Assembly (NCBI GenBank): GCA_964016885.1
Contig: OZ024740.1
Span: 193,564,001-193,628,000 of the forward strand
DNA length: 64,000 bases
Source of the DNA: Eledone cirrhosa
Lineage: Eukaryota
Direction: 5' to 3'
Below the pieces are notes generated by a model. It had not been told where the DNA came from. It did no database searches and was given only the letters and a program-made list of their open reading frames with translations. Below are positions 12,381 to 26,548 of the stretch, piece by piece. Both the position numbers and the translations under genes were made by a program. Positions within the stretch are counted from its first letter, which is position 1; every line of letters starts with the position of its first letter.

Positions 12381-13530
12381 TTGCTCTACGGTTCTTATAT
12401 ATTTGATATATATTTTCCTTATCGAGCCCTCTTTGGATTTTAGTCTACAATTTTATTATTATTACTATAAATATATATATATATATATATATAGTAATAA
12501 TAATAAATGTATATATATATAAGATATATATATATATATATATATGTATGTATATCCGTGTATGTTTGTGTGTGTAAGTGTGTCTATACGTATGTGGATT
12601 GCATCTGTTCGTGATAGGAAATTTAATGTTTAAGGGAGGCAATATTTAACAATTTTTGCAAGCTTTTATCGCTTTGAAGACAAGAAATTGCAACTACAAA
12701 TAAATCACTGTGAATTCCATTTCTTCTCCTACTTTTTATAGTCTCTACAGTGTAAAAGAATAAAGACTGAAATATTGGTTGTTAAAATATTGTAACCGAT
12801 AGTAATTGAAATAACCAACATCAGTTCTTCTCATGACTAAAATTGCATCAATATCTTTGAGATGCAACTATTGTTTTGTATTACGTCTGTTTCTACGCGT
12901 TTCTGCATTTTTCCTTTTATCCATCTACCACATGAGAAAAAAATTATTCAATCACTCACATCTAATACTGTATGTTTTCTTTGTGTTCGATTCGCATAGG
13001 CGATATTTCTATATTCTTTACATTTATAGTTATTAATATGCATAATTTGTTCGAAAATGAGCCCGTAAACGCTTTCTATCCATTTATGTTCCAGCTTCGG
13101 TGTTTATTTAATATCTCTAATATCTGTGTGTCTTTGTAATGTGTTCCTTTAAGTTAGTATATCTCCGTCTGAAATGTATTATTTTCATACTTTGTATTTA
13201 TTATCCAAGGAGTTGAATGGGTGGAATATATGTCTTTTAATTCTATATGTTTGTTCGCTCCCTTTGGAATACACATGGTAAGAACATTCTATATTTTATT
13301 GTTTTCGGATCGGTAGATATGCACTACAGAGGGAAAGGATTTTATTTAGCTATTACTGCATTATTCCTTTCAAACTGTGCTTCTTTTTAAGAGCACATCA
13401 CTTATACATAAATGATGTACATATACCATAAACCTGTTTCTGGTCGTATAATTTTCTGAGCCTATGCAACAATATGTCTATATGCGCTTGTCTGTCTCCC
13501 ACTGCTCTCTATATTTATCTATCTATCTAT

Positions 13531-13612
<82 letters not shown>

Positions 13613-13617
13613 ATATG

Positions 13618-13648
<31 letters not shown>

Positions 13649-13649
13649 G

Positions 13650-13693
<44 letters not shown>

Positions 13694-14419
13694 TCAATCT
13701 GTCTGACAGTGTATCTCTCTATCAATCTATCTCTCTATCTCTCTAGCGACATCACTCTTTCTCTCCTTCTTTCTCCTTCCTTCTCTACCTATCTATTTAT
13801 CTATCTATCTAAATACCTCTCTGCCTAGCTGCTTCCCTACACTTATTTTCCAACGATTCCTCTTTTATCGTATAATAACATACGTGTTTAGTTGTAAAAT
13901 AAATTATACTCTGATACATAATCAGATTTTCATCTGAACAGTATATTGCGTGATAGTAATATTTCTAAAAAAATAAATACATGAATAAAAAAATAAATAA
14001 CAACAACGATAATAATAAGAATAATAATAATAATAATAATTATAATAATAATAATAATAATAATAACAATAACTGCAGCTACAACTACAATAATATTCTA
14101 CATAATTTTCTTACATTAATAAGCGACATGTGTGATCGTGTGGGATACCTGAAAAACCTTGCTGAGTAACATCCGGAATGTTCACTTCCTTTCATTTTGT
14201 AATGTCACATGATGTCAAGATAAGAAAAAAAAACATTTATAAGATTATATACATTAGTCTAAGTTGATATAACCGATATTACATTCATATGATACAATTT
14301 ACGTGTATACCTCAACAAACATTCTTTACATCACCACAATACAATTCTTCTATTAAACAAACAAAATAACAAAAATAAAATCTTAGCAATCATATCGAAA
14401 TCTACTCAATGTGATATAT

Positions 14420-14442
14420 TTACACACACACACATGCACATA

Positions 14443-14539
<97 letters not shown>

Positions 14540-14693
14540 AATACATATATAATATATATACATGTATATATATCTATATATCTATATGTACACATATATA
14601 TAAGTATTTATATATATATAAATATATATATATATAAAATATAGCATCAAATAACGACACTTATATATATATGCATGTATATATATATATATA

Positions 14694-14771
<78 letters not shown>

Positions 14772-14840
14772 ATGTATATATATTATATATGCATTTATAT
14801 ATATATATATATATATATGTATTTACATATATATATATAC

Positions 14841-14921
<81 letters not shown>

Positions 14922-15045
14922 GTATATGTGTGAATATATATATAATTTATATATGTGTATATATATTATATATGTATTTATATATTTATATTATATATGT
15001 ATATATAAAAATATATTATATATGTATTTATATATATATATATAA

Positions 15046-15099
<54 letters not shown>

Positions 15100-15128
15100 A
15101 GTATATATATATATATATGTGTGTGTGA

Positions 15129-15193
<65 letters not shown>

Positions 15194-15194
15194 A

Positions 15195-15255
<61 letters not shown>
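14420..15255. repeat. Long compound (TA)n/(TG)n microsatellite
   Basis: Seen directly. It produces the spurious YIYI ORFs. Confidence 0.95.
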
Positions 15256-15256
<1 letters not shown>

Positions 15257-15699
15257 ATGCTATATTTTTTTACATCGATATAAAGTTCTTCATGTAAATT
15301 TTTGTTTTTTATTGCGAACAAGGCAAGCAAGCACAAATTCCCATGAATTGAACTGAGCAACATTGAACCACAACAAAGAGAATACCGAAATCCTATTAAA
15401 ACATAAATAACACTCATAGAAGATTATATGTTTATTGGCGATTTTTTGTGTAACTTTATATTGTTTTGTATGTCCATATTTGTGTGTAGATCTGTTGACT
15501 TTTAATAAATATCAGTAAAAGTCAACTCGAGTTAAAAGAAGACATAGAATAGTAGCAAAAAATAGGAAGAACGCAAAATTTGACAGAAGGTGAGACATAT
15601 TGAGAGTGAGGAATGAAAGCAGAATTGTAACAGGAGAACATCTCTTTAACAAAGACGTAATACTACTGAGACTGACATATGAAGTTGCTGGCCTGAATC

Positions 15700-15930
15700 A
15701 TTGCAGTTGCTCTGAGGAGAATCATTGAAGTATCCAAAACAGCATTCGCTGATATTTTTTTCTGACGAAAAAATATATATGACCTGTGTGAGTAATGGAG
15801 AGAAACATACAACAAGAGCGACACAGGTTGGGCTTATAAAAACTGATTTAAAGATTCGGTATCAGACAAAAATCATGAAAAAAGAAGCGATTGAGGTCTG
15901 GTTCAACATTTCAGGATTTTGGTAACTATA
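15700..15930 (+). mobile_element. Tc1/mariner transposase relic
   Basis: IFFSDEKI...EVWFNISG resembles the Tc1 FSDEK and VMVWxxIS motifs. Confidence 0.4.
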
Positions 15931-16173
15931 TCAAAAGTGTTTGAAATCATTTTTCTCTGTATGCCTCTTAATTTCTTCCGCTAATTCCTGAATTTTGCGT
16001 GTGTTGTTGTAGGTTTAACATGATACCGCAATGTCTTTATTGTATCTTCTTATTATTTATAATTTTGTTTTTGTCTATTTTAAACGCAGAAATGCCCATG
16101 TGTAACGTCCTGTATTGACCTGTGCTATCCTTGATGTTATATTAGTACTTTATGCCAACCCCTGTGGTTAATA

Positions 16174-16361
16174 GGTGGATTGGCAGTATCGGTAGATGAA
16201 CGGACGGCATGCTTTGACTCATAGAGTTATGGCCTTGGCCATTCGGATTTCAAATCCCGCCTAGGTTTACTTTGCCTTTCATCCTTACGGGGTCGATAAA
16301 ATAAAGTACCAGCATTGTATTGGGAAATTGCTGGCTTGTGCCAAACATAGAAACAATTATT
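16174..16361 (+). mobile_element. tRNA-derived SINE (Deu/Nin-like core)
   Basis: GGTGGATTGGCAGTATCGG head and GCCTTTCATCCTTACGGGGTCGATAAA core. Confidence 0.8.
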
Positions 16362-16363
16362 TA

Positions 16364-18598
16364 TAATACGGCACCCCTTTACGGGGTGTCGTATTCGTAT
16401 TTGTGTAAAAATATTTTTTTTGTTTTAATTTCAACATGGATAACACAAGAAAGGGAGAGAGCACTCTCAGACAACACACAGAGAGGGAGACTTTATCAGC
16501 ATGTCAACAAGACACTATTCCAGCAGTAAATATAAACACAAATATTACAAAGGAAAAGAAGATTGTTACAGATTTAAAATTAACAAATATTTCTAACACA
16601 AACAACACCAACAATAACACCATCAATAACAACGGCAACAACAAAAATAACAGCGGTAAAGTCGAGAACGACAATAACAATGAAAATAACAACAGCCACA
16701 ACAACAATAATAGTAGGAACAGTATCAACAAAAACAACAATAATAACAACAGCCACAATAACAGTAACAACAGCAACAGTATCAACGTAAACAACAACAA
16801 CAACACCAAAAACTGTACCAACGAAAACAACAGCAATGACACCGATATGTGTAAGAGCGATCTCAGCACCACCAGTAAAACCAGTAGCGGCAGAAATAGT
16901 GGTGCTGCTGAAAAAGAGACCACTTCGTTTGCAGTTGTCGCCCGAAATATCGAGACAGTGTTAGTCACAGAGGAGGAGGTGGCAGTCGCAAGGGCCATGG
17001 TGACAAGAAGCGCAAATAGAGTCTCTCTGAAACCTCCACCCGATCTTTTCAAGGACCAGCAGCTATGGACGGTGACTTACCGCACCGTAAGCAAAATCTC
17101 ACATCGGGTGGAGAGAGCCACGGAGGCTTAAATCCCAAAAGCCTTGGGGTGCGTCTGGGCACGAAAAAACCCCACGTCACTCGAGGCAGAAAGTACGCCA
17201 CAGTAGACGTACATTTCGCCACCTCCCAGGAAGCAAAGTCTCACTCTTTGGAAACCCTAAAGTGTGAGGAGATAGTCTTGGTGCCCTCCTACTGCGTGCA
17301 GAAAATTGTGAGTGTCAAAGTGACCCAGGTCCCACCCGACGTGCCCATAACTTGGCTGGCCGCGTCTGTCCTTGCTGGAATCGAGAACAGGACGACCATG
17401 CTGCAAGTGGTCAGGTATAGGCATACAAATGCTTATACAAACTGACCAGGAATGTATCGACGCTATCCCCGATATCATAGACATCGAGGAAGGACTCCAA
17501 CTCCCTATAAGTGTAGAAGGAAGACGGCCAAAATGTTATCTCTGTGGGTCGAAGGGTCACCTCGGCCTTTTGCCCGCAAAAGACAGCTAACAAGGCCCTT
17601 CTCCTTCCAATACTTGGTCCGCTGCTACCAAGAGCAGGACAGGCAACAAACGAAGAAGCCAGGCAGGCAATGCGGTCAGTGGAAGTTCCACTCTCTAGTT
17701 CTATTGAGGATCAGTGGTGGGCACGTGCGACGACGCACTCGGAGAGGCTCTGGGAGTCAACGAAGTCGAACTAACCAGTCTGTATCGGAGGACTTTCGAG
17801 CCGGGGACGATGGATAATTTCCAAAAATCCCTCGCTTGGCAGTGCTACCGGGGGAGGCACTGCCAGTTCGAGATAAACTCTACAGGCACGGAAGTGCTGT
17901 CAGACGGACCTGCCGGAGATGCGCGCAGAACGACGAAACCGTTCTGCACGCACTCGTCCAGTGTCCGTGCATTACTGACTTGTGGAGTTATGTTGAACAG
18001 CTGTTGTCGCGTGTAGAACGGATCCGGCTACCAGCCGAGTCCATAGTGAAGATGGACCCGCCGTCTCTTTGGCCAGGAAGGGCAGGCAATTTTCCTGTCT
18101 GGTGGCAGTAGCGAAAGAGGTTGTATGGTGCACGAGGTTGAAAGGATTGAAGACAGACACTTTTCTCTTCGGCCAATCCTTCAACAACTTGTTCAAGTTT
18201 CACTTGGAAAGGAAGGTGAGGGTGGAGAGAGTAGTGCTGCCCCCCAGTACATTTGCTGAAAGGTGGGTGAATGTGGCGAGAATGGCCCGTGTGAGTTGGC
18301 CTACTCTGGTCATGCGGTTGTAGGTAGGTAAATTTGAAGAGGAGAGGCGTGCCTTTCCAGGGTGTTCTCGAAGCGTCGGGACGTTTATGACTCGTGGGGT
18401 ACCTGAGCGAACCCTAGGTGGTCATCCCCCCTGTTGGGGAATTTTTTCTTGTTGTAATTTTATTGTTACTTTATTGTTACTTTGTTATTGTTACTTTGTT
18501 TATTCATATTGTTTACTCGATTTTTCTGTAAAACCCCACTGTCCCAGTCGTTTGTATTGCCCCCTATATGACGGCCCTTGTGGACAATAAATGAAATC
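16364..18598 (+). mobile_element. Internally deleted Tx1-like LINE (ORF1 joined to the ORF2 3' end)
   Basis: Asn-rich ORF1 (16436-17590) with VEGRRPKCYLCGSKGH, then directly MDNFQKSLAWQCY/LPVRDKLYRHG, homologous to 2834-3544. The 3' UTR ends GGACAATAAATG. No EN or RT motifs are present. Confidence 0.85.
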
Positions 18599-18599
18599 A

Positions 18600-21500
18600 T
18601 TATTATTATTATTATTATTACAGCTGCATTTATCTTGATTTATGTTCATACGAGTTATCACCAAGTCACAACCAGTGACCTCAATAGACCACAAGGTCCG
18701 CCATGTTCAAGAAAGAACATACATACTCACACATGCATCTTTAGGTGTTTAGACTTGTGATGTACTTATATTGACAGAATCTTCCTTAGTATATGGGCAG
18801 TTCCCATTAGTAATATCTTTTGTATTTCTCCTATACGCGGCTTTCCTGGGATTTGCGATAAGTAATCATTAGACCCCTTAGGTATCATTCCCAGAGCGCC
18901 TACAACCACTGGTATTGTTTTATTTCTGAATTTCTACATTTTTCCAATTTCTCTCTCCAGGTCCTTATACTCGCTCAATTTTTCAAAGGTTGTTATAGAT
19001 AAATTCTTGCCTATTGGAACGGCATATCAATTAGCAGGCATACCATCTTTTTAAAGTCCTTCAATATTATATCAGGTCTACTTGCATTTATTTTTCGGTC
19101 TGTTTGGATGCTAAAGTTCCACAAGATTGAGATGTGATCTTTTTCAAGTATGGGAGGTGGTTGATGTTCCCACCAATTCTTTTGATGGGGCAGGTCAAAA
19201 TGCTTACACATTAATATAATCAATCCTTCAGTCTCCGATTTCAGTCCAGAGGATGCCAACCACTGATGGGTTAAAGTGTTGTCAACATCAGGATTGTTAG
19301 CTCGTTCTGGGTATTTTCCATACAGAGGCTTTTCTTTGCCATTTCTTAGCCAGTTTCTGTAGCAGTTCTTTCTTTGCAGTTACTTTTACCTGATTTGCTT
19401 TTTCTGTGTTTTCCATTTCAGAAGTAAATGGGACTTCTGTAATGTGTAGTCCATTACTGTATCTTTGTGCACCTTTTGTAATGGAGTATGATCTTTTGAT
19501 ACTTTCGTGTTTCAAAACGAGTTTGATCATCCGATCATGTGATTCCCTTAGATATGTAGATAATCCATTTGTTGCAGTTTTCAACGCAATGTCTAACTGG
19601 ATTAACCCACGTCCTCCTTCTTTCCTAGGGAGATATATTCTATCTGTATCTCCCTTAGGGTGATGCATTCTGTGCATGGTTAAGAATTTTCTAATTTTTG
19701 TATCGAGCCGAACAGATCTCTGTGCTTGACCAGTTGATGACATTGTAACTGCAGGTTACTACTGGTATGGCAAGCGTGTTTATGGCATCGATCCTATTCC
19801 TTGCATTCAATTCCGTTCTTAAGATTGCTCTTACTCTGCGGTAACATTCCTTCCTTATCATTTCCCTCATTGTCGAGTGCTTGATTCCGTCTCCTTCACA
19901 AACACCTAGATATTTGTAAGTTTCCTCTTGATCAAGTTCTCTTATCACATTCCCTCGATCAAGATTAATGTCTGAACTTTTCAGCAACTTTCCTCTGGTG
20001 AACGTTCCTTTGGCGCATATATCTAGTCCAAACTCCATTTTAATGTCATCACTGAACTGTTCCGCAGTGGATAATAGCCCTTGCAATTGTTCATCATTTT
20101 TTGCAAATAGTTTCAGGTCATCCATGTAGAACAAGTGATTAATGGTTTTGTCATAGACTTTATATCCATGTTTTGTTTCATTGAGCATTTTACTTAATGG
20201 TATAAGTGCGATGCAGAATAAAAGCGGTGATAAAGTCACCCTGAAAAATTCCACAATTAATATTAACTTCTCCAGCTTCCAGTGATTTTGTTTCACTATT
20301 CAAAAGGAGTGTCGTTTTCCATGTCTTCATACTGAATGACAAAAACCTCCTGACAACGGGAGATATTTTGAAAATCTCTAAACATTTTTCAATCCAACTG
20401 CGTGGCAAACTATCGAATGCTTTTTTATAATCTATCCAAGCAATTGATAGATTTTTGTGTCTATTATGACAATCTTCCAGTATCATTTTTTTAACCAAAA
20501 TCTGATCCTTACAGCCATATGAGCCTCGTTTACACCCTTTCTGCTCAATGGGAAATAGGTCATTTGTTATCAGGTGGTCATATGTATATTCAGTTAGGAC
20601 TGATGTTGAAATGTTATACATTGTGGTCAAGCAAGTTATCGGTCTCTAATTTTGGGGATTGTTTGTCTCATCATTCTTCGGAAGTAAGAATGTAATGCTG
20701 TTAACTAGCCATGATGGTATCTTTTCTGGCTCCTTAACTATTTCATTGTAAAGTTGGGCTAACAGCTCATGAGATTCTGGGAAGGCATTTATCCAAACAT
20801 TTTGTATTTTCTCTTTTCCTGGGGATTTCCATTTGCTGGTTTTTCTGAGAGCCAAACGCAACTGTTCAACTGTTATATTTTCCCATATTTGTTCCTCAAG
20901 GTGAGCTGTATCTTTCATTTGTCTGTCTATCCATGGGGCATGAATATTATGAACTTTTTCTTCGGCCCAGATCTTTTCCCAGAATTCTTGCACTTCCTCC
21001 TTGGGTGGTATTGATTTAGCAATTATTCTGTAGAATTTTCTTTGGTTGTTTTAGAACATATTATTGTCCTTATAGAATCTAGATCGTTTTTCAAAGCGCC
21101 TTATACGAGCAGCTTTGGCCGACACTTTTTGCTTGATTATTTCTATCAGCATGTCTATGTCACTTTTTGATTTTATACTGTATTTACTTTTCAATTTTCT
21201 AAGTTTAGTTAGTTTAACATGTTCACCTACTTTATAGTTTGTTAACATTTCTATGTCAGATCGGAGAAGGTTTATTTGGCGATTGATGTTCTCTTGCCAA
21301 GTAGATTCTTGTGGGAATTCCTTTCTTTTTTTCATTTTCACTCCACATAAGTGAGTGGTGAATTTAGCCGATGCATAATAGAGATGATTAAAATCAGTAA
21401 TGGTGAGTTTGTTTGTGATGATAATGTTTTTGAGAATTATGTTAGAGTTGTGTATTATCTTTTGGTTCTGTTTGGAGTTCTGGATCTTAGGGAGGGGGTC

Positions 21501-22365
21501 TCGTTCCCCCATGTCAGATTCTTTCATTTTCATGCATTCGATCATAATTTCATCCTTCAAGTTGGCAAGTCCATTCTCATTCATTTCCTTATCATTTACG
21601 ATCTCATTCTTTTCATTTTGAGTTTCATCTTGAGCATGCACTCCCTCCACTTTCTCGATCCTTTCTTTAATTTGTTCTGTTGTCAGTGATTCCGCCCCAA
21701 CCCTGGGATTCGAAGTGTTACAATTTACCTCATTTTCACTGACACATGTTTCATTTTCCCTTCGCTGACTTTGTGCTAATAGCTTGATCTGATCAATTTC
21801 TATATCAGTTAGTAACTTTTTTTTTACAATATTTCTTCGTATATTGGCTAGTTTGTTACTGTCAATATAGCCTCTGTTTTCGGGATGTTTCTTTTTCCAG
21901 TTGATATATGTCTGTTCTGTATTCGATGTATTTGATGGGTAGTACATGGCAGTGTAGAAAGCCTCAAGGACTTCTTTATTATCTTCCCTTGACTATTTTT
22001 CTCTCTTTTTCTTTGGATTTCTTGGTTGTGAGCATGGAAGGCCAACAGTCAGAGTATTCCGGTTATGGGAGCTCTCCAGCTCCGAAATAATGGGGAGGTT
22101 TGAACCATTAGCTGATTTTTCGACCCCAGTCTGGTTCCTCTCTGAGGGACGTGGCCCTTTTTTACCCGGGTGACGGCCGATCCGGTATGAGATTTCATCA
22201 TTAGACATTTACTTTATTTTGTCGCGTTTTATCCTTATCCGCCAAGGGGTAATCTTTTCGTGTTACCACTTCAAGGACGAGTGTCAACCAAGACTAGAGG
22301 GGTCGTCCTCCCCTAGAGACACGGCTATTCCCGGCCCGCCGCCATCCCGGTATTTCTTGGTCACA
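18600..22365 (-). mobile_element. Near full-length Dong/R4-clade LINE (RT + restriction-like endonuclease), disrupted
   Basis: WKSPG, EQKGC, WIDYKKAFDS, GIFQGD, HLFYMDDLKLFA, RIYLPRKEGGRGL and RPDIILKD motifs, with a (TAA)n tail at about 18600-18619. Confidence 0.92.
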
Positions 22366-23314
22366 GGCTTTTCTTTTTTGTTGTTTTTTTAAATTGTTAT
22401 TATCATGAGTGATTCCTTAATGTGAGCATTGCGTGGCTTAAGAATGAAATTATTAATAATATAATATACTTTTTGCTGAAGTTGCCTGTTGGATATGTCG
22501 GTGGTGGTGCTGGTGCTTTTTCTATTGCCAGCAGTGCAATTAACGTTGACGTTTGGCCGGTGGCCGGGTCACTAAGTCAATCTATTTATATATTTTGCTA
22601 GCCTCTCTCTTGTCTAGTGATACCGCCACCTTCCCCTTTCTTAAGTTAACAGAAGGTAATGGGGGAATAGTGGTGGTAGCAATGAAGGAGTGGTGGCGAC
22701 GGTGATGGGATAGTGGTAGCAATAATGGATGGAGTGGTGACGGCGGTGACTATGGTGATGGCGTTGTCGTTACTGAGTTTTGTTGAATAGACTGTTGTTT
22801 GTTTGATCTGTGTATCTATGCGTTTGTCGCGTATGTTTAATATATGTGTTGACAAATTACCTTAATATTGGAATTAAACATTTTGTGAAAAGTTGAGACA
22901 ATAATAATAGTAATTCTTATTATTATGCTGGGATTGGTGGTGGTGGTGGTGAAATTGCCGTTATCTGGCTGTTGTATTTAGTGTACACAGTGGGGTGATG
23001 GGATAGGGGGTGTAGTTAGTTTGTGGTGTTGGTGAAATTGCTGTTATTTGGCTGTTCCATATAGTGTAGACAAGGGGGTTTTCTTCCATTTATAACCATT
23101 CCTTTTTTGAATATAAAATGTATAATACAAAATTAAATATTTGAGCGATATAACTGGATATTATGGATCCGAATTTTGTGAGAGTTGAGTCGGGTGCTTT
23201 ATGTATCATTTGTACTAAGAATTGTTATTTCACAATTGATTTAAATATGTTAAAAATCAAAATCTTACGGGAGCGATTTCATGACCTTCTATCCACCACG
23301 TGCGTCTTCTTCCC

Positions 23315-23315
<1 letters not shown>

Positions 23316-23377
<62 letters not shown>

Positions 23378-24500
23378 CTTGAATCTCAGTCATTGATGTT
23401 GGTTAACTGGAAAGTCCGTTGGATTGAATATCAAGCCACTACCTGCAGCCTCAGATATTCAGGACGTATCGGAGGGTTCTTGCCGTTCCAAGCAAGCATG
23501 CCTTTTGAAGCGTTCCAAAAAGCGTGAAGGGGCCGATTTTCTTTAACCATCCCTGGAAACCTTTGGAGATAGTCCCCAGTGCGCCTATGACAATCGGGAT
23601 CACTTTGACTTCATGGCAGTTCCAAATCCTTTTCACCTCCCACTTTAGGTCCTGGTATCGGTTAATTTTCTCCCTCTCCTTCTCTTGCACTCTCGTGTCG
23701 AACGGGCAGGCCACATCCACAATCAGGCACGATCTTTTTTCTTTGTCCACAACCACCAGGTCAGGTCTATTGTGTTCCAGTTTTTTGTCCGTCTGTATCC
23801 TAAAATCCCACAGCACCTTCACCTGACTGTTCTCCATCACCGCCTCTGGCCTATGCTCATACCATTTCTCAGAATGTGGTAGATTGTTTACTTTGCACAG
23901 GTGACAGTGGATCACCCTGCCCATCACATCGTGTCTCCAGCCCTTATAGTGGGTCTGGGCTAGGTGTTTACACTCGGACACAATGTGAGCCACAGTCTCC
24001 TCTCTCTCTCCACAGATCCTGCACAGTGGGCTAGCCTCCTCCTTGTAGATATGGTGCTTCAACCACTTCGTTTTGAGGGCCTGCTCCTGCGCAGCCATTA
24101 GCATTCCTTCTGTAGCCTTTTTGAGGTCTCCTCTTCTCAACCAGTTCCATGTCTGTGGATCTCTAAATTCAGTTTTCTCAAAGAAGGTACTATGAAGGGA
24201 TTTTCCCTTAAGGCTGCTCTTCCTCCTTGATGTTATTTCCTCCTTGGGTATCCCCTGGCCTACTGTCCCCTCCTTCAGTACAGCTCTGAGCATTGGCTCC
24301 TTACTATAGGTCACGTATTTGTATAGGTTGTTTTTCTCCATCTGAACACAGTCCTCTATGCTGATAAGACCTCTTCCACCCTCAGATCTCCTTAGGTAGA
24401 GTCTATCGACATCACTCCTCTTGTGGAACATGTTATTATTATTATTATTATTAGTAGTAATATTATTATTATTATTGTTATTATTATTATTATTATTATT
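23316..24500 (-). mobile_element. 5'-truncated Dong/R4 LINE inserted in (TAA)n
   Basis: (TTA)n on both sides and a short 3' UTR at about 23375-23450. Confidence 0.88.
23451..24431 (-). CDS. Dong/R4 ORF C-terminus: CCHC finger + PD-D/ExK restriction-like endonuclease (open but 5'-truncated)
   Basis: CRICGEREETVAHIVSEC, RHD, RPDLVVVD, VDVACPFD, EKINRYQDL and PIVIGALG in a 326-aa frame with no stops. Confidence 0.85.
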   Translation of the reverse strand: MFHKRSDVDRLYLRRSEGGRGLISIEDCVQMEKNNLYKYVTYSKEPMLRAVLKEGTVGQGIPKEEITSRRKSSLKGKSLHSTFFEKTEFRDPQTWNWLRRGDLKKATEGMLMAAQEQALKTKWLKHHIYKEEASPLCRICGEREETVAHIVSECKHLAQTHYKGWRHDVMGRVIHCHLCKVNNLPHSEKWYEHRPEAVMENSQVKVLWDFRIQTDKKLEHNRPDLVVVDKEKRSCLIVDVACPFDTRVQEKEREKINRYQDLKWEVKRIWNCHEVKVIPIVIGALGTISKGFQGWLKKIGPFTLFGTLQKACLLGTARTLRYVLNI

Positions 24501-24649
24501 GACTCTCTTCTTCCTCTCCTTCTATCAAGCAATTGTTTTCTTATCCATTCCTACATGTCCGTAACATTGGAGCTGTGATCTCTCAATTCAGAGAAGTAGC
24601 GGCCCTACCTGGAGAGACAGCTTGAGCTTTGAGCCCCGATATCTATCAA

Positions 24650-25000
24650 TTAAAGCTACTAAAAGGCAATTCAGAGGCATTTCGCCGCTTGTATTCGCAT
24701 TCCTATACCTTCTATCATACACCATGATTCATGACGATATGTAAGTAGGCCCCTGTAGGATTAGAAAGTCTCTCTTCTCTCGCTTAATTAGAATTATCAC
24801 TACCTATTGCTATTGTATAGGCACGTTTCCAGATACCCTAGCTATCCACCACATACGGTTCAGCAAGAAAATAACTTCTCTATTTAACGTTTTTAAGATC
24901 ATGACATAATTTCCATCCTCCTCAGAGGCATTGACAGAGCGCTTTAATTGCTCTTGTGATCTCAGCCTCCGAGAGATTAGTCATCGCTCCGCGATGTACT
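24650..25000 (-). mobile_element. Decayed LINE reverse transcriptase fragment
   Basis: Minus frame resembles DG..ILKTL..LLNRMW..SGNVPIQ*..VIILIK, the RT domain 0/1 region. Confidence 0.4.
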
Positions 25001-25359
25001 TCATATGTTCCAGACGATTCTCTCCGCCTCGAGAGGATGCAACTCTCTGAAAAGAGACGAACCCAGACGCGATCCTGATGGCAGGTGTGGAACAGGACTT
25101 CTTATTATTAAGATGTATGGTATTATGTGGTGATATGCAATATGGAGATATTTATGTTCATTTAAATGTTGAAGTTAGGCAGTATAAGTGTACGGTATAT
25201 ATAATTGTAGACAATATAAACGTTATTAAAAGGTATTGAAATCAATATCAAGGTGTTTGTAAATCAGGTAAATTCTTTGGGTGTTTCCACTTAACATGGA
25301 GTCGGTTTCAATTTGATACATAGACATCCTCTAAAATGGCAATATCAAATCCATTGTTT

Positions 25360-26160
25360 ATTCAGCATATATCGTTAGAAATATAGCGTGAGGCAGAGAT
25401 TAAACACTCCATCACAGAAAATTCTGAAGTTAGGGAAAGATATCTGGTAAGGTGTATGATCGTTTTGAATGTCGATTTTACTTGAATCTCCACAACTTCA
25501 GTAACACTGATATGAGAACCAACATGGCACTGGCCAAAATAGAATGTCAATTAAATTATAAAGGAGTCCCACAGAAGATTAATTGGAATGTACTTGAAAA
25601 ATTCAGAACTGATACCAACAGTAACAAGAGATGCCTCAACCACACTGACGTTAACACGTTAAAAGCTTCTTGTTGTGCGAATAATAATTATTTGCACTCT
25701 AGGAATGTAATGTTGGGAGCATGTCTTCAACACAAAAAACAAACCCCTGGCTAAGGGAAAACACTCAATGAATTCACATCATCATCAACTGCCTTGATAT
25801 TGTTTTCTATGGTTTCTTAATAAGATTTCTTTTTTCCACACTAATAAATATGGTATACCTTCTAAATACTGGACTCCAATACTAGAATAACAATAAGCAT
25901 AAACAGTATACTACATATCACCACCTAATAGCATACATCTGCTATACTGAGTGCACACAAACAGACATATAATTTCAAATTTACATGTTTGTTATTATAC
26001 GTAAAATAAAATATGAATAAATATTTCATAAATAAGCGTTTAACACGATATATATTTAACCAATTTGTTCAAACTAGGACAACCATCTGATGACTAGGTT
26101 ACAATTTTTATAGTTCTTCCACTCTGAACTACCGAGCGCAATCAGGGAAGACGGTCATAA
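25360..26160 (+). mobile_element. Penelope-like remnant (GIY-YIG C-terminus, 3' UTR, degenerate hammerhead)
   Basis: RFECRFYLNLHNFSN..ALAK..INWNVLEK is homologous to the endonucleases at 32404 and 44626. CTGATGA occurs at about 26087. Confidence 0.55.
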
Positions 26161-26216
26161 TTTGATCATTTGCAAAACAACATATACTTTACTACATACA
26201 CATATATATACACCAA

Positions 26217-26249
<33 letters not shown>

Positions 26250-26261
26250 ATCACTCTCTAA

Positions 26262-26398
<137 letters not shown>

Positions 26399-26503
26399 TA
26401 TATAAATATATATATATCATATATATATATATATAATTCATATAAATATATATATATATATCATATATATATATATATAATTCATATAAATATATATATA
26501 TAT

Positions 26504-26548
<45 letters not shown>

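Noticed and set aside
12600-13450. Possible decayed Penelope ORF on the minus strand
   Set aside because: Only faint motif resemblance, which needs a profile search.
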